DNA of 64,000 nt from the NCBI GenBank assembly GCA_021731405.1, contig JAKFXN010000001.1, forward strand, positions 102,343 to 166,342, in the 5' to 3' direction. The stretch comes from Candidatus Parcubacteria bacterium. Lineage in GTDB: Bacteria > Patescibacteriota > Minisyncoccia > Phycocordibacterales > UBA918. The translations under genes and the position numbers were made by a program. The notes under the pieces were generated by a model. That model worked only from the letters and a program-made list of their open reading frames with translations. It was not told the DNA's origin and searched no databases. This document shows, one piece after another, positions 39,488-49,121 of this stretch (its first letter is position 1; every line of letters starts with the position of its first letter).

Positions 39488-40761
39488 TTACGCCGCTTTG
39501 GGCGGCGTTGCTGCTTCCACACCGCGGATGCGATGTGTGCCGTCAACTGCGAGCCTGGCGGCCCGATAGATGACATCCTGCAGGTTGTCAGGATTGACAC
39601 CTTTGGTGACTTCATCGAGGCCGCGGACAGCGAGCAGGTTGCTGGTGGCGCAGGCCTCGATCTCAATCAGCCGCTTTTCTGCGCCGACAGTGAGTTCAAA
39701 CCGGCGCTTTCCATTCGACTCGATGAGCCTTTTCAGATCACCATCGAAGCCGTCTGGGAAAAGTACCCTTTGATACCCACTCACCTTCTTCATCAGCGTC
39801 ACCTCTGCGGCCACAGCCTGCACTTCCTGCTTGGCAGAAAGAGCGGCCGCTTTGGCCGAGTTGACTTTGTCTTCCACTTGCGTGACCATCTCCTTCACCA
39901 CCTTCACATCAGCTTTGCTTGCGCGCCGCATCAGGTAGATGGTGGCGAAGCACAGAAGGAAAAGTACCCCGATTGCAAGCAGGAGCCATGAGCCCCAAGC
40001 CAGAATCGGATTTCCCTTAAGTATGTTCACATCGGTCTGAAGACCAGCCACATCGGTTCGCAGTTTTTCCAAGTCACCCACTTTGGTTTTGAAGTCAGTG
40101 AGTGCTTTGTTGGCCGCATCGATGTCTCCATCAGTGGCAAAGCCGTCTTGGCCATCGTTGAGCAACTTCAGCTGTACGCCGAACTCTTTCAACTGCCTCG
40201 CCAGTTCCTTCACTTCTTTTTGGTTGCTGCCAGATTTGGCAACTTCCTCCTGAAGCTTTTTCACTTGGCCTTCCATGTTGGCGATCGCCATGGCTTGCTT
40301 GACGTCAGCCGACGCCGGGAAAGTCCCGCCGTAGACCGCAGCCGTTGCAACTGGGGCCACAGGCGTCACCGCAACCGAAGTTGCGGGCACTTCTGTGGCC
40401 ATGGTCGCTTCGCGTTTCACCAGGTCATCCAGGAAAAACTTTCCTGCCTGACCCATCGCCCTGAACTCGGTTGCCTTGATGGTTTCTCCGAGGTTGAGCT
40501 GATAAAGAAAAAGATTGTTGAATTCCTCTTTCTTGAGCTTGCCTTGAGGCAGTCCCTTTTTTTGGGCATAGCCGTACGCAAGTTGTACCAACACATCCGT
40601 CGGAAAAGAACCGTCCTTCATATGACCATCTTTGATGAGGTCTTTCTCGAAATCAGGCCATCCTTCACCAGACGAATGCTTGAAAAGCGTCACTTGGTTC
40701 GCAAAGCTGACAGAAGCCAGCAGTGCCAACAGCAAGCCGACGACTTGGGCTTTGATTTTCA
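39488..40761 (-). CDS. Secreted/membrane coiled-coil protein, hypothetical
   Basis: Signal peptide, long Ala/Lys/Glu-rich coiled-coil segment, TM helix (ILAWGSWLLLAIGVLFLLCF), C-terminal domain; AAGGAAG SD. Confidence 0.4.
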
Positions 40762-40823
40762 TGACTCTTCCTTCTCACGTTTTGTTGGAGACCGATGCGA
40801 CAGGATTGTCGCATCGGTTTGGC

Positions 40824-41495
40824 TCAGTCAGCGTGCTTGGGAGCACACGCCGCGCCGCAGCCACCACTGGTTGTGACACCGATGGTGCCGTGGGTGCTGG
40901 ACTGCGCCGCCGCACCAGAGTTCGTCTGGACGTTGATGAGGTTACCCCCACTGCCGCAACCACTGTCCTTGCAGCTGTCTGCTTGGATTTTTGCACCAAT
41001 GGCGCCGTTGAAAGCGGACGGTACTGCAGTTGCGAAAGTCTTCAGCGTAGCGCGCAGGAAGTCTTCCTGTACCGCTGCATTGATGAAGATCTTCAGCGGG
41101 TTGCCTCTCTCGTCGTACTTGATCTCGCCGGCGTTGTCAGTCACCAGGGCAATCGCAGCGTAGGTCTCCAAGCCCATACCTCTCGGGTTGTGACCCGGGT
41201 AGATGTAGACCATTTTGGCCCGCTTGTCCCACTGGATGGTGCGAGCGGTTTCGGCACTGCCGGTGAAGATGGGACGCCCCGAGAGGTACTCGAGCCATTC
41301 CTTCTCTTCAACGATTTTGGCCTCGTCAGAGACAGCTTGGCGGTACTTGGCCCGTTCAGCTTGGCTCTTAGCTACGTAGTCCTGGTTGGACATCGTCTCC
41401 GTGGCGAAACTTCCCGAGCCCGTGGCACAGCCTGCCAAAAAGGCAGCGACCAGGAAGAGAAAGAGGCCCTTGATGGACCGTGAAAATGCCTTCAT
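40824..41495 (-). CDS. Lipoprotein, hypothetical
   Basis: Lipobox LAGC after signal peptide; AAGGAGA SD 4-5 nt upstream. Confidence 0.5.
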   Translation of the reverse strand: MKAFSRSIKGLFLFLVAAFLAGCATGSGSFATETMSNQDYVAKSQAERAKYRQAVSDEAKIVEEKEWLEYLSGRPIFTGSAETARTIQWDKRAKMVYIYPGHNPRGMGLETYAAIALVTDNAGEIKYDERGNPLKIFINAAVQEDFLRATLKTFATAVPSAFNGAIGAKIQADSCKDSGCGSGGNLINVQTNSGAAAQSSTHGTIGVTTSGGCGAACAPKHAD

Positions 41496-41529
41496 GTGAT
41501 TCTCCTTGGGGGGTTTTGGAAAGGTTGAC

Positions 41530-41910
41530 TTACTCGCAGATTTCGTACTGCAGTTGCGATGTCATCCCGCCGGATGGCTGAATGAACAACGAAGAGACGT
41601 GAAGCGGACCGCAACCAGGACAGCAGCTTTGCAGATAGAGACTAGGCAGATACTGCCCGCCCTCCACCGGCATTGCACTGCTCTGGTTCACAGGCCAACA
41701 CTTGCGTGTGACCTGAGGCGGAGCTGCGACCTTGGGTGGCGCAGCTGGGGGTGCTTGAGGCACTTCCACGCGCTTCGGTGGTTCGAGTTTGGTGGGGACA
41801 CCTTTTTTGGCGTCCGCCACCGCATTCCCCGCAAGCAGCAAACTGCCCACGAAAAATGCGGTCAGAAATTTCCGACCACCCATGAGGATGGTCTGAACGA
41901 TTGCTTGCAT
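41530..41910 (-). CDS. Small secreted Pro-rich protein, hypothetical
   Basis: Start at MQAIVQT; signal peptide ...NAVA; PQAPPAAPPKVAAPPQV; GGAAGGA SD. Confidence 0.35.
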   Translation of the reverse strand: MQAIVQTILMGGRKFLTAFFVGSLLLAGNAVADAKKGVPTKLEPPKRVEVPQAPPAAPPKVAAPPQVTRKCWPVNQSSAMPVEGGQYLPSLYLQSCCPGCGPLHVSSLFIQPSGGMTSQLQYEICE

Positions 41911-42148
41911 GAGAATTATCCTTCCGTAAATTGTCAAAGACCGTTGAAGAGAGCAGGATTGCATCTCTTAAGATTCGCAGAGTACACTACCATACTTTTG
42001 CCAAAAAAGCAAGTATGTCGTGTAGCGCTTTTTTATTTACCTTCTCTATCTCATTTTTTATACTTTTTTGACATATAAAAACCGCTCGATTTCTTCCGAA
42101 GAAGAAGTCGAGCGGTTGAGCTTCGTCACACAAGGTGACTAAGCGGCC

Positions 42149-42643
42149 TTACGGGGCCGAAGGGACGGGACGACTCGCGTTCTGCAGCTGCATCGAACCC
42201 GCGCCGATGGCTTGGGCCCGCACCGAGGACGAGACCGGGCTGTTGCCGATGCCTTGGTTGATGGCCAGGGCGCCGGTACCGATCTGGGTGTTGGTCTCGA
42301 ACACGCTCTGGTTGAAATTGCAGGCCACGTCACAGCTGCCGTCCGGGTTGACACCCATGCGAGCGATGAGGCTCTGCACCGTGTCGATCTTGGCGAACGT
42401 TTGCACGGTGCCCTTGCCGTCACCGCCGGCGTTCTGTCCGAGAGCATCTCCGGAGGAGAGCTGCCAGGCGCTGAACGACAAGGCGGGGGCGAAGGTCGGC
42501 TGGGGCGTCGGGGTCGTGGTCACGCAGCCGTAGCAGGTGGACTGCACGTCCTGGGCCGCGGCCACACCGGTGAATCCGATGGCGGCAACGAGGCCGAAAG
42601 CGACAGCAATCATCTTGAGGGAACGGACGAGGAACGAGTTCAT
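42149..42643 (-). CDS. Secreted Gln/Asn/Gly-rich protein (weak curlin-like repeats)
   Basis: Start MNSFLVRSLKMIAVAFGLVAAIGFTGVAAAQ signal; C-terminal TNTQIGTGALAINQGIGNS...QAIGAGSMQLQNA; AAGGAGA SD. Confidence 0.35.
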   Translation of the reverse strand: MNSFLVRSLKMIAVAFGLVAAIGFTGVAAAQDVQSTCYGCVTTTPTPQPTFAPALSFSAWQLSSGDALGQNAGGDGKGTVQTFAKIDTVQSLIARMGVNPDGSCDVACNFNQSVFETNTQIGTGALAINQGIGNSPVSSSVRAQAIGAGSMQLQNASRPVPSAP

Positions 42644-42876
42644 GGCGATTTCTCCTTGAGAGCCATTGATGAAGTGGGTGAATGCGAAATGCAAACACCC
42701 GAGGATTGTCCCGCCGAAGCGGGGACAAGGGTATGACTTCCGCCACATTTTTTCCCCGCCTCATCAGAACTACCCGATACTATACACGTATTTGAATAAT
42801 TGTCAAGCATTCACAAAACGCTCTCTGTCAAGGTCTGTGGAAGGTGTTTTACTAGCCACTTCCTCCCCATGCTACA

Positions 42877-43464
42877 ATGAATCTTCACTACATGAATAAA
42901 AAAGCGCTCCTCCACCTCAGTAATGAATTTGCGCCAGTCATCGCTTTCTTTATCGCCGCTCAGTTTTTTACGTTTTATATCGCTACTGGTGTTTTGATTG
43001 TTTCCACCCTACTAGCCCTATCTGCCGGCTGGCACTTTGATAAGCGCTTCCCTGTTTTGCCAATTATCTCAGGGTTTTTTGTTATCACCTCTGGCCTCAT
43101 CACCATCTGTTACAAGACGCCTGATGCGCTTATTTTTGCTGACTCGCTGTACTACATCCTGATGGGTACCACTATTTTTGTTGGACTGTTATGCAAGATA
43201 AATATTCTTAAAATTATCTTCGGGCGCACGTTTGCGATGAAAGATATCGGTTGGAATATTCTAGCCAAACGTTGGATAGTTATTTTTCTCCTCGCTGGGG
43301 TAGCCAATGAAGTCGCTCGAGGCGTCCTCTCTCCAGAAGAATGGGTGCACTTTAAAGTCCTAAAAGTCATCACTATAACTGTCTTTGGATTCTACCAATT
43401 TACACTCTCAAAACGGTACCGTATTGAAGGTGAAGCTAACGAATGGGGTCTCCGTAAAGATTAA
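42877..43464 (+). CDS. Intracellular septation protein A (YciB/IspZ)-like inner-membrane protein
   Basis: 195 aa, ~5 TM, topology and size consistent with YciB; weak. Confidence 0.4.
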   Translation: MNLHYMNKKALLHLSNEFAPVIAFFIAAQFFTFYIATGVLIVSTLLALSAGWHFDKRFPVLPIISGFFVITSGLITICYKTPDALIFADSLYYILMGTTIFVGLLCKINILKIIFGRTFAMKDIGWNILAKRWIVIFLLAGVANEVARGVLSPEEWVHFKVLKVITITVFGFYQFTLSKRYRIEGEANEWGLRKD

Positions 43465-44789
43465 TCAGTACCTTCCTCAGTACCGCACGACCCTTGTTCA
43501 GTTATCACTGAGCGACGTACAACCTCCTTAAAGCCGTCGCTGTCCACACAATAAAAACCTTTACTTAAAGGTGCTTCGAGTGCCACCCTTTCACCTGAGT
43601 TATAACAAGTGACGTCATCTGGAAGAGCGAGCTCCTCACACACATACTCGTAGCTGGCATTTGAAAGATAGAGCGACTCAGCATTTTTGAGTGATAATGC
43701 CAGAAGTTGCTTTTGCATCACATCAGTCTTAAGTGAAGTCTCTGTCCATTCCCCAGTGAAGTAGCCATGTTGGTACGCAGTAGTGGCTCCAAAGCCAATG
43801 AGCGCAGTCACAAATATAACCAGTGTCAAAACAACAACGACAACTGTGCGGTAGATAGTTTGAAGTTTTGTGAGAGTCACTGGAAGTGGTTTTGCTACAG
43901 GTAAATTTTCAAGCGCTTCAAAAAGAACCACAGTGAAGCAGAGTTGCCAAAATGAAGCAAAAAGAACACAGAGAAGAATTGGGATGACAAATACTGCTTC
44001 AAGTGTCGAAGGAAAGAGTGCTGAAAGCGCAGCCAGTACCACCATTGCTAAAACTGCCAAAAAAATGAGCGCCACACTAAAGAGGATACGTAGCAGTACT
44101 GGCCAGAAGCGACCATACACTAGTGCAGTACTGGCAGTTAAAGCGGCAATTCCCTTTTCTTTTCCTGCTATCAGCAAAAACATTGAGAACAAAAGGTAGA
44201 TACTGAGCAGGAGTCCTGGAATGATAAAAAACATATATCCCACTTGTGTCAGCACCTGCACATACACACTCACCAGTGAAATCGCCACTACATTGCTTAC
44301 TGCCCAAAATAAGCTGTCGCGGTAGCGTACCGATTCTTTTCGCTTTAGTAAGACACGAAGAATGGTCGCAAATATACTAATGATTCCGATAAGGACACAG
44401 AGACAAACAAAAATAATGCACGAGATTAAGCCGAGTATCTGCCAAGAAGACTCTGGGCCCGACACAAGGAGGCTTCCCCACATTTGAAGCAAGAGAACAG
44501 CTGAAAGACAAATGACCACAAACGCCAAAATACTCTTGAGGAGAAGTGGTATCTGAGCCAAAGCGAGGGTAAAGCTGTCTTTAGCAAGTGAAGTGTATGT
44601 CGGGAGTAGGCTCGCTTCAACTCTAGGTACAGAAATCTCTGTAGATACGTCTTCCCCGCTAGCCGTCTTGTATGCAGCTTCAATAGCAGCCTCACTGTAC
44701 CCAATCGCCAACATTTCATCCCGTATCTGACTTTTGGTGTGCCCAGCTTTGATACGCTCACTGAGCGCCTGCATTAGTTGTGAATCCAT
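43461..44789 (-). CDS. Polytopic membrane protein, hypothetical
   Basis: Start set at MDSQLMQALSERIKAGHTKSQIRDEMLAIGYSEAAIEAAYK to avoid overlap with divergent pyrH; ~8 TM; Cys-containing C-terminal ectodomain. Confidence 0.4.
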   Translation of the reverse strand: MDSQLMQALSERIKAGHTKSQIRDEMLAIGYSEAAIEAAYKTASGEDVSTEISVPRVEASLLPTYTSLAKDSFTLALAQIPLLLKSILAFVVICLSAVLLLQMWGSLLVSGPESSWQILGLISCIIFVCLCVLIGIISIFATILRVLLKRKESVRYRDSLFWAVSNVVAISLVSVYVQVLTQVGYMFFIIPGLLLSIYLLFSMFLLIAGKEKGIAALTASTALVYGRFWPVLLRILFSVALIFLAVLAMVVLAALSALFPSTLEAVFVIPILLCVLFASFWQLCFTVVLFEALENLPVAKPLPVTLTKLQTIYRTVVVVVLTLVIFVTALIGFGATTAYQHGYFTGEWTETSLKTDVMQKQLLALSLKNAESLYLSNASYEYVCEELALPDDVTCYNSGERVALEAPLSKGFYCVDSDGFKEVVRRSVITEQGSCGTEEGTD

Positions 44790-44853
44790 ATGAGATATAT
44801 GATACCAGCAACTGTTTGGAAAGTCGTCTAAAATTGCGTACAATGGGCACACT

Positions 44854-45546
44854 ATGTCTAACAAAGAAACCATTGTCATGTCAGTTGGTGGATCACTTAT
44901 TGTCCCAGACGCCATTGATACAACTTTCCTCATCAACCTAAAGACGTTTATTGAATCGGAGACGGCTAACGGCCGTCGTTTTATTATCATCGCTGGCGGT
45001 GGAAAAACGGCGCGTCGGTACCAAGATGCGGCAGCAGGTGTAAGTAACCTCACGAGCGACGACCTCGATTGGATGGGTATTCACGCCACTCGTCTCAACG
45101 GACATCTTCTACGCACTATCTTTCGAGACATCGCCCACCGCGTAATGATTACCAATCCTGATGAAATTCTTGATATCAACCTTGATGAGAAAGTGATTAT
45201 CGCCGCTGGCTATCGTCCAGGCTGCTCGACTGATTTACGTGCGGTACAAATCGCTACCCGCGTTGGCGCTAAAAAAGTCATCAACCTCTCAAACACTGAC
45301 TATGTCTATAATGACAATCCAAAGACAAACCCTGAAGCAGAAAGAATAGAAGCGATTACCTGGCCTGAATTTAGAAAACTCATTCCCGAAGAATGGGGAC
45401 CAGGACTGTCTTCTCCGTTTGATCCAGTAGCAGCCAAAGAAGCTGAGCGACTCGATATAGAAGTAGCCCAAATAAATGGTGAGCGCCTAGAGGAAGTGGT
45501 GAAGTATCTCCACGACGAACCTTTTATCGGCACCCGCATCCACTAA
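44854..45546 (+). CDS. pyrH: UMP kinase (amino-acid kinase family, archaeal-like PyrH)
   Basis: IVMSVGGSLIVPD...IIIAGGGKTARRY...KKVINLSNTDYVYNDNPKTNPEAERIEAITWPEF. Confidence 0.7.
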   Translation: MSNKETIVMSVGGSLIVPDAIDTTFLINLKTFIESETANGRRFIIIAGGGKTARRYQDAAAGVSNLTSDDLDWMGIHATRLNGHLLRTIFRDIAHRVMITNPDEILDINLDEKVIIAAGYRPGCSTDLRAVQIATRVGAKKVINLSNTDYVYNDNPKTNPEAERIEAITWPEFRKLIPEEWGPGLSSPFDPVAAKEAERLDIEVAQINGERLEEVVKYLHDEPFIGTRIH

Positions 45547-45578
45547 CTCAGAACAAGGTACAAAACAGCAACTCACAA

Positions 45579-45604
45579 TTTATGTATCATATATAATACA
45601 TAAA
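45579..45604 (+). promoter_or_regulatory. 11-4-11 inverted repeat TTTATGTATCA-tata-TAATACATAAA abutting the start codon (candidate operator / -10 overlap)
   Basis: Contains TATAAT; same 11-mer recurs as a perfect palindrome in the downstream terminator. Confidence 0.45.
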
Positions 45605-45996
45605 TGAAAAGTATCGTTGATGAGCTTGCATTAAAGGCGTTTTTATTAGCAACTGAAAATGCCTCTGATTTCATAGTCGTAAACTTACTCACAAATAAAG
45701 AGAAGATAGCTCTAGGACGTAGGTTGATTATTGCTGAGGCTATAAAAGCTGGGAAGACCCGAATGGAAATTAATGAACGTATTAGCATCAGCCCAAATAC
45801 CTTTACTCAGATAAAACGCTGGATTGACTCTGATCAAAAAATATATACTTCAGCGAAAACTGTTCGCGATATTAGCCGAAAGCATGCACAGCGCCGCCAG
45901 CGAGTAGAAAATTTTAGTTATGAGGATATGAAAAGACGTTATCCAGCACACCATTTATTATTTTCAATAGTCGAAGAACTATGGAAAAGAAAATAG
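45604..45996 (+). CDS. TrpR-like YerC/YecD-family DNA-binding protein
   Basis: LLTNKEKIALGRRLIIAEAIKAGKTRMEINERISISPNTFTQIKRW resembles Trp-repressor-like HTH. Confidence 0.5.
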   Translation: MKSIVDELALKAFLLATENASDFIVVNLLTNKEKIALGRRLIIAEAIKAGKTRMEINERISISPNTFTQIKRWIDSDQKIYTSAKTVRDISRKHAQRRQRVENFSYEDMKRRYPAHHLLFSIVEELWKRK

Positions 45997-46034
45997 CTTT
46001 ATGTATCACGAATGATACATAAAGCTATTTTTTT
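45995..46034 (+). terminator. Intrinsic terminator: 14-bp perfect palindrome AGCTTTATGTATCA-cgaa-TGATACATAAAGCT plus T7
   Basis: Starts within stop codon; shares the 11-mer TTTATGTATCA with the upstream operator-like site. Confidence 0.6.
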
Positions 46035-46077
46035 ATTTTCGCACAAGAGCAGTCCTCTGGAAAATGTTTGAGACAAA

Positions 46078-46115
46078 CAAAAGGCCGGAAAGCAAAGCTT
46101 TCCGGCCTTTTGTTT
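46078..46115. terminator. Bidirectional hairpin terminator (aaaaggccggaaagc...gctttccggcctttt)
   Basis: Between convergent regulator gene (+) and kinase gene (-). Confidence 0.5.
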
Positions 46116-46121
46116 TGTGTC

Positions 46122-46676
46122 TTATTCAAAATCAACTGATTTTAGAAACTTTTCTACTTCTTGGTATAGCTGTTCTATTGTCCCACTATTGGTAATAATA
46201 AAGTCCGATTCTTTAAGTGCTCCAAAAATGTTTTGTTTAGTTGGGTCGTTTTGATTAGACTCAGCTTGTTCTTGTGAGAGCCATTTTTCAAACGTGACAT
46301 GATCTTTGGCGCTGTTGCGGGCAAGTATGTGTGCAAAACGAACTTCGGGCGGAGCGTCGATACCAAGCACAATGCCACCGAGTTCTTTAATCCGCTGCAC
46401 TTCTGCGACAGCGCGAAGGCTTTCAATAATCACGTCTCCTGCCACTTCCTCAGCTCGAGCGTACAATGAATCAATGATGTAGCTCGGGCCATACTCTGCC
46501 CGAAGCTCGTTAGCCACTTGTATCATCGAGTCACGATCAACCGGCATTCCACGGCGTTCAATTTCTTCGACTATAAAGCCACTGGCTGAGTAGTGAGTAA
46601 ACCCCTTTTCTTTTTTAAGGTACTCAACGACCGTTCCCTTTCCTGCTCCAAATGAACCTGTGATGCCAATTATCAT
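46122..46676 (-). CDS. P-loop nucleotide/nucleoside kinase (dephospho-CoA kinase/AAA_18-like)
   Basis: MIIGITGSFGAGKGTV Walker A at N-terminus; 184 aa. Confidence 0.5.
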   Translation of the reverse strand: MIIGITGSFGAGKGTVVEYLKKEKGFTHYSASGFIVEEIERRGMPVDRDSMIQVANELRAEYGPSYIIDSLYARAEEVAGDVIIESLRAVAEVQRIKELGGIVLGIDAPPEVRFAHILARNSAKDHVTFEKWLSQEQAESNQNDPTKQNIFGALKESDFIITNSGTIEQLYQEVEKFLKSVDFE

Positions 46677-47647
46677 GACTGGGATTTTTTATTAGCTTTC
46701 CACTCTTCGTAGAGAACAAGGAGCGGGTTAGCAATAAAGATTGAAGAGTACGCTCCCGCAAATACTCCAACCATCAATACTAAGATAAAAGTTTCGGTTA
46801 CAGAGCTTCCAAAGAAGTAGAGCGCAAGGAGCGCCAAGAGGACAGTCATTGAAGTATTAATTGAGCGCGCCATTGTTTCATCAACTGCTTGTCCGACAAT
46901 TTCACCAAACGGCTTAGCCAGTGAATACGTAACTTCAGTGCGCTTCATACCGCCCGGTTCATTGATAACCTTTGACTGCTCAGTTCGGTGCTGCTTAAGT
47001 TTATCGCGTACGCGGTCGAAAATAACAATCGTGTCGTTTACTGAGTAACCCAAGATAGTAAGAAGTACGGTCACAAACAAAATATCCGCCTCCGCTCCGA
47101 GGAAATATCCGAGGAGACTCATTGCTGCCATCGGCACCAAGATGTCATGGATAAGAACGACAATAGTAATGAGTCCATAGACCCAAGAACTCACTGGCCA
47201 ACCAATTCCTGCAAAGGCAAAGGCAACATAACAAACGGTCAAAAAGAGCACCGCACCAATAGCCCAGACCGCCTTATCTTTGAGCTCTTGCCCAATCACT
47301 GGGCCGATAGAAGTGAAGCGTGAGATTTCACCTCCTTCACCAAGGGAAGTCAGGGTGGTGTTTAGAGTGATTCGCTCTTCTTCAGAGAGCGCTTTTGTGC
47401 TCACCAGATATCCTGTGCCTACTTCACTTTCTGACTGTCTAATTGAAGTGCCGCCGTACCCAAGGGCTGAAACAGCATTCTCAACCTCAGACTTTTCTGG
47501 CAACACCGTGTATCGGACTTCAGTGAGTGAACCTCCGGTAAAGTCTATTCCTGGCTTGAGGCCGAGCGTAAGCACAATCGCAATTGAAGCTACCACAATA
47601 AAAGCGGCTGCAATGAGGAAATATTTTTTGTAGCGAATGATGTTCAT
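46673..47647 (-). CDS. secF: Protein translocase subunit SecF
   Basis: LGLKPGIDFTGGSLTEVRY; 6 TM. Confidence 0.85.
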   Translation of the reverse strand: MNIIRYKKYFLIAAAFIVVASIAIVLTLGLKPGIDFTGGSLTEVRYTVLPEKSEVENAVSALGYGGTSIRQSESEVGTGYLVSTKALSEEERITLNTTLTSLGEGGEISRFTSIGPVIGQELKDKAVWAIGAVLFLTVCYVAFAFAGIGWPVSSWVYGLITIVVLIHDILVPMAAMSLLGYFLGAEADILFVTVLLTILGYSVNDTIVIFDRVRDKLKQHRTEQSKVINEPGGMKRTEVTYSLAKPFGEIVGQAVDETMARSINTSMTVLLALLALYFFGSSVTETFILVLMVGVFAGAYSSIFIANPLLVLYEEWKANKKSQS

Positions 47648-47650
47648 AGA

Positions 47651-49072
47651 TTATTTTTTTATCAACCCGGTCCCAAACAGATACGACCATAGTCCACTGT
47701 CACTACGCTTTGCATCAGGCAGTGCAATGAGAAGTGTGCGCGTAAAGACAATCGCCGAGAGCATTGAGGTGAGAATACCGAGCCCGAGAACGAGCGCGAA
47801 GCCCTTGATGAGTGAAGTACCGAACCAGAACAAAATTGCCGCTGAAAGAAGTCCCGTTACGTTACTATCTTGAATTGCTGTCCAAGCTCGTCTGAAGCCT
47901 TCGAGTGCCGCTTCACGACTCCCCTTGCCCGAACGATACTCTTCTTTCATACGTTCAAAGATAAGTACATTGGCGTCTACCGCCATACCAAGCGAGAGCA
48001 CAAACCCAGCCAAACCAGCAGCGGTAAGTGTCACTGGAATAAACATAAAGAGGGCAAGGGAAAGAGCTACGTAAAATAACAGCGCAACACTAGCCACCAA
48101 ACCAGCAACGCGATACCACAGAATCATAAAGGCAGCGATAAGCGAAAATCCAATCACTCCAGCAAAGTAGCTCTGGGAGACAACTCCCGCCCCTAAAGTA
48201 GCATCAATAGTTTGCGTACTCACAAGCTCAATTGGTACCGGAAGCGCACCGAAGTTGAGGTTCTCAGTTAACTCACGTGCCTCAATCGGAGTAAACCCGC
48301 CTGAAATAACCGCCGTGCCGCCAATGATGGTTTCGTTGATTCGTGGAGCTGAAATGATTTCTCCATCGAGGAAAATAGCAAGCTGACTACCAACGTTGTT
48401 TCGTGTGATATCAGCAAAAATATCACCCCCTTCTTGATTAAACTTTATTGAAACGACTGGTTCATTGGAGAGCTGCCCACTTTGTCCACTCGTAAATTCA
48501 AGACTAGCACTTTCAAGGTATCGCCCAGTAAGACCGGTATCTATATAGGGCTCAGGTGCCACTTCACCATTTATAAGTACATTATCAATACTGATACTTC
48601 CGCTAGCATTTGCTTCCATTCGCTCAAGTGCCTGTAGTGTAGAGAGCGCTTCGTTGTCAATGAGTTTAAATTCCAGAAGTGGAGTACGCCCAATTTCCGC
48701 TACAGCGTCTGCCACATCAGTTACGCCAGGAAGCTCGACTACGAGACGTTCCTTTTTTTCACCTGATACAAATGAACTACTTTCCACATATACCACCGGT
48801 TCTGAAACACCAAACAGGTTTACGCGTCGTTCAATCACATCGCGCAATACATTCATGAGTTCAGGCACTTCGGCAGCAGAAATACTACTAGTATCTGCCT
48901 CATATACGAGGTGTGCTCCACCAGCCAAATCAAGACCAAGTTTAAATGGATGTTTTGCGCCATCAGTAACGGCGTTGCTGTACACAAAAAAACCAAGGTA
49001 TCCGAGAACACCGAGGAGAACAAATACTTTAAAAATACGTAGGAACGCTGTAGAGCGAGATTCGGTAGTCAT
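47651..49072 (-). CDS. secD: Protein translocase subunit SecD
   Basis: LGLDLAGGAHLVYEAD...; 473 aa with C-terminal TM bundle; adjacent to secF. Confidence 0.85.
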   Translation of the reverse strand: MTTESRSTAFLRIFKVFVLLGVLGYLGFFVYSNAVTDGAKHPFKLGLDLAGGAHLVYEADTSSISAAEVPELMNVLRDVIERRVNLFGVSEPVVYVESSSFVSGEKKERLVVELPGVTDVADAVAEIGRTPLLEFKLIDNEALSTLQALERMEANASGSISIDNVLINGEVAPEPYIDTGLTGRYLESASLEFTSGQSGQLSNEPVVSIKFNQEGGDIFADITRNNVGSQLAIFLDGEIISAPRINETIIGGTAVISGGFTPIEARELTENLNFGALPVPIELVSTQTIDATLGAGVVSQSYFAGVIGFSLIAAFMILWYRVAGLVASVALLFYVALSLALFMFIPVTLTAAGLAGFVLSLGMAVDANVLIFERMKEEYRSGKGSREAALEGFRRAWTAIQDSNVTGLLSAAILFWFGTSLIKGFALVLGLGILTSMLSAIVFTRTLLIALPDAKRSDSGLWSYLFGTGLIKK

Positions 49073-49121
49073 AAGGAATAAGATTTATGAGCACTGTTAT
49101 AGCATATTTGGCCTTAGTTTC

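Noticed and set aside
38266-42736. Long + strand ORFs (38266-38919, 39446-39991, 40148-40876, 40632-41483, 42212-42736 and others) overlapping the minus-strand island genes
   Set aside because: High GC suppresses stop codons in all frames; the minus-strand genes have signal peptides, recognisable motifs and SD sites, the + strand ORFs have none
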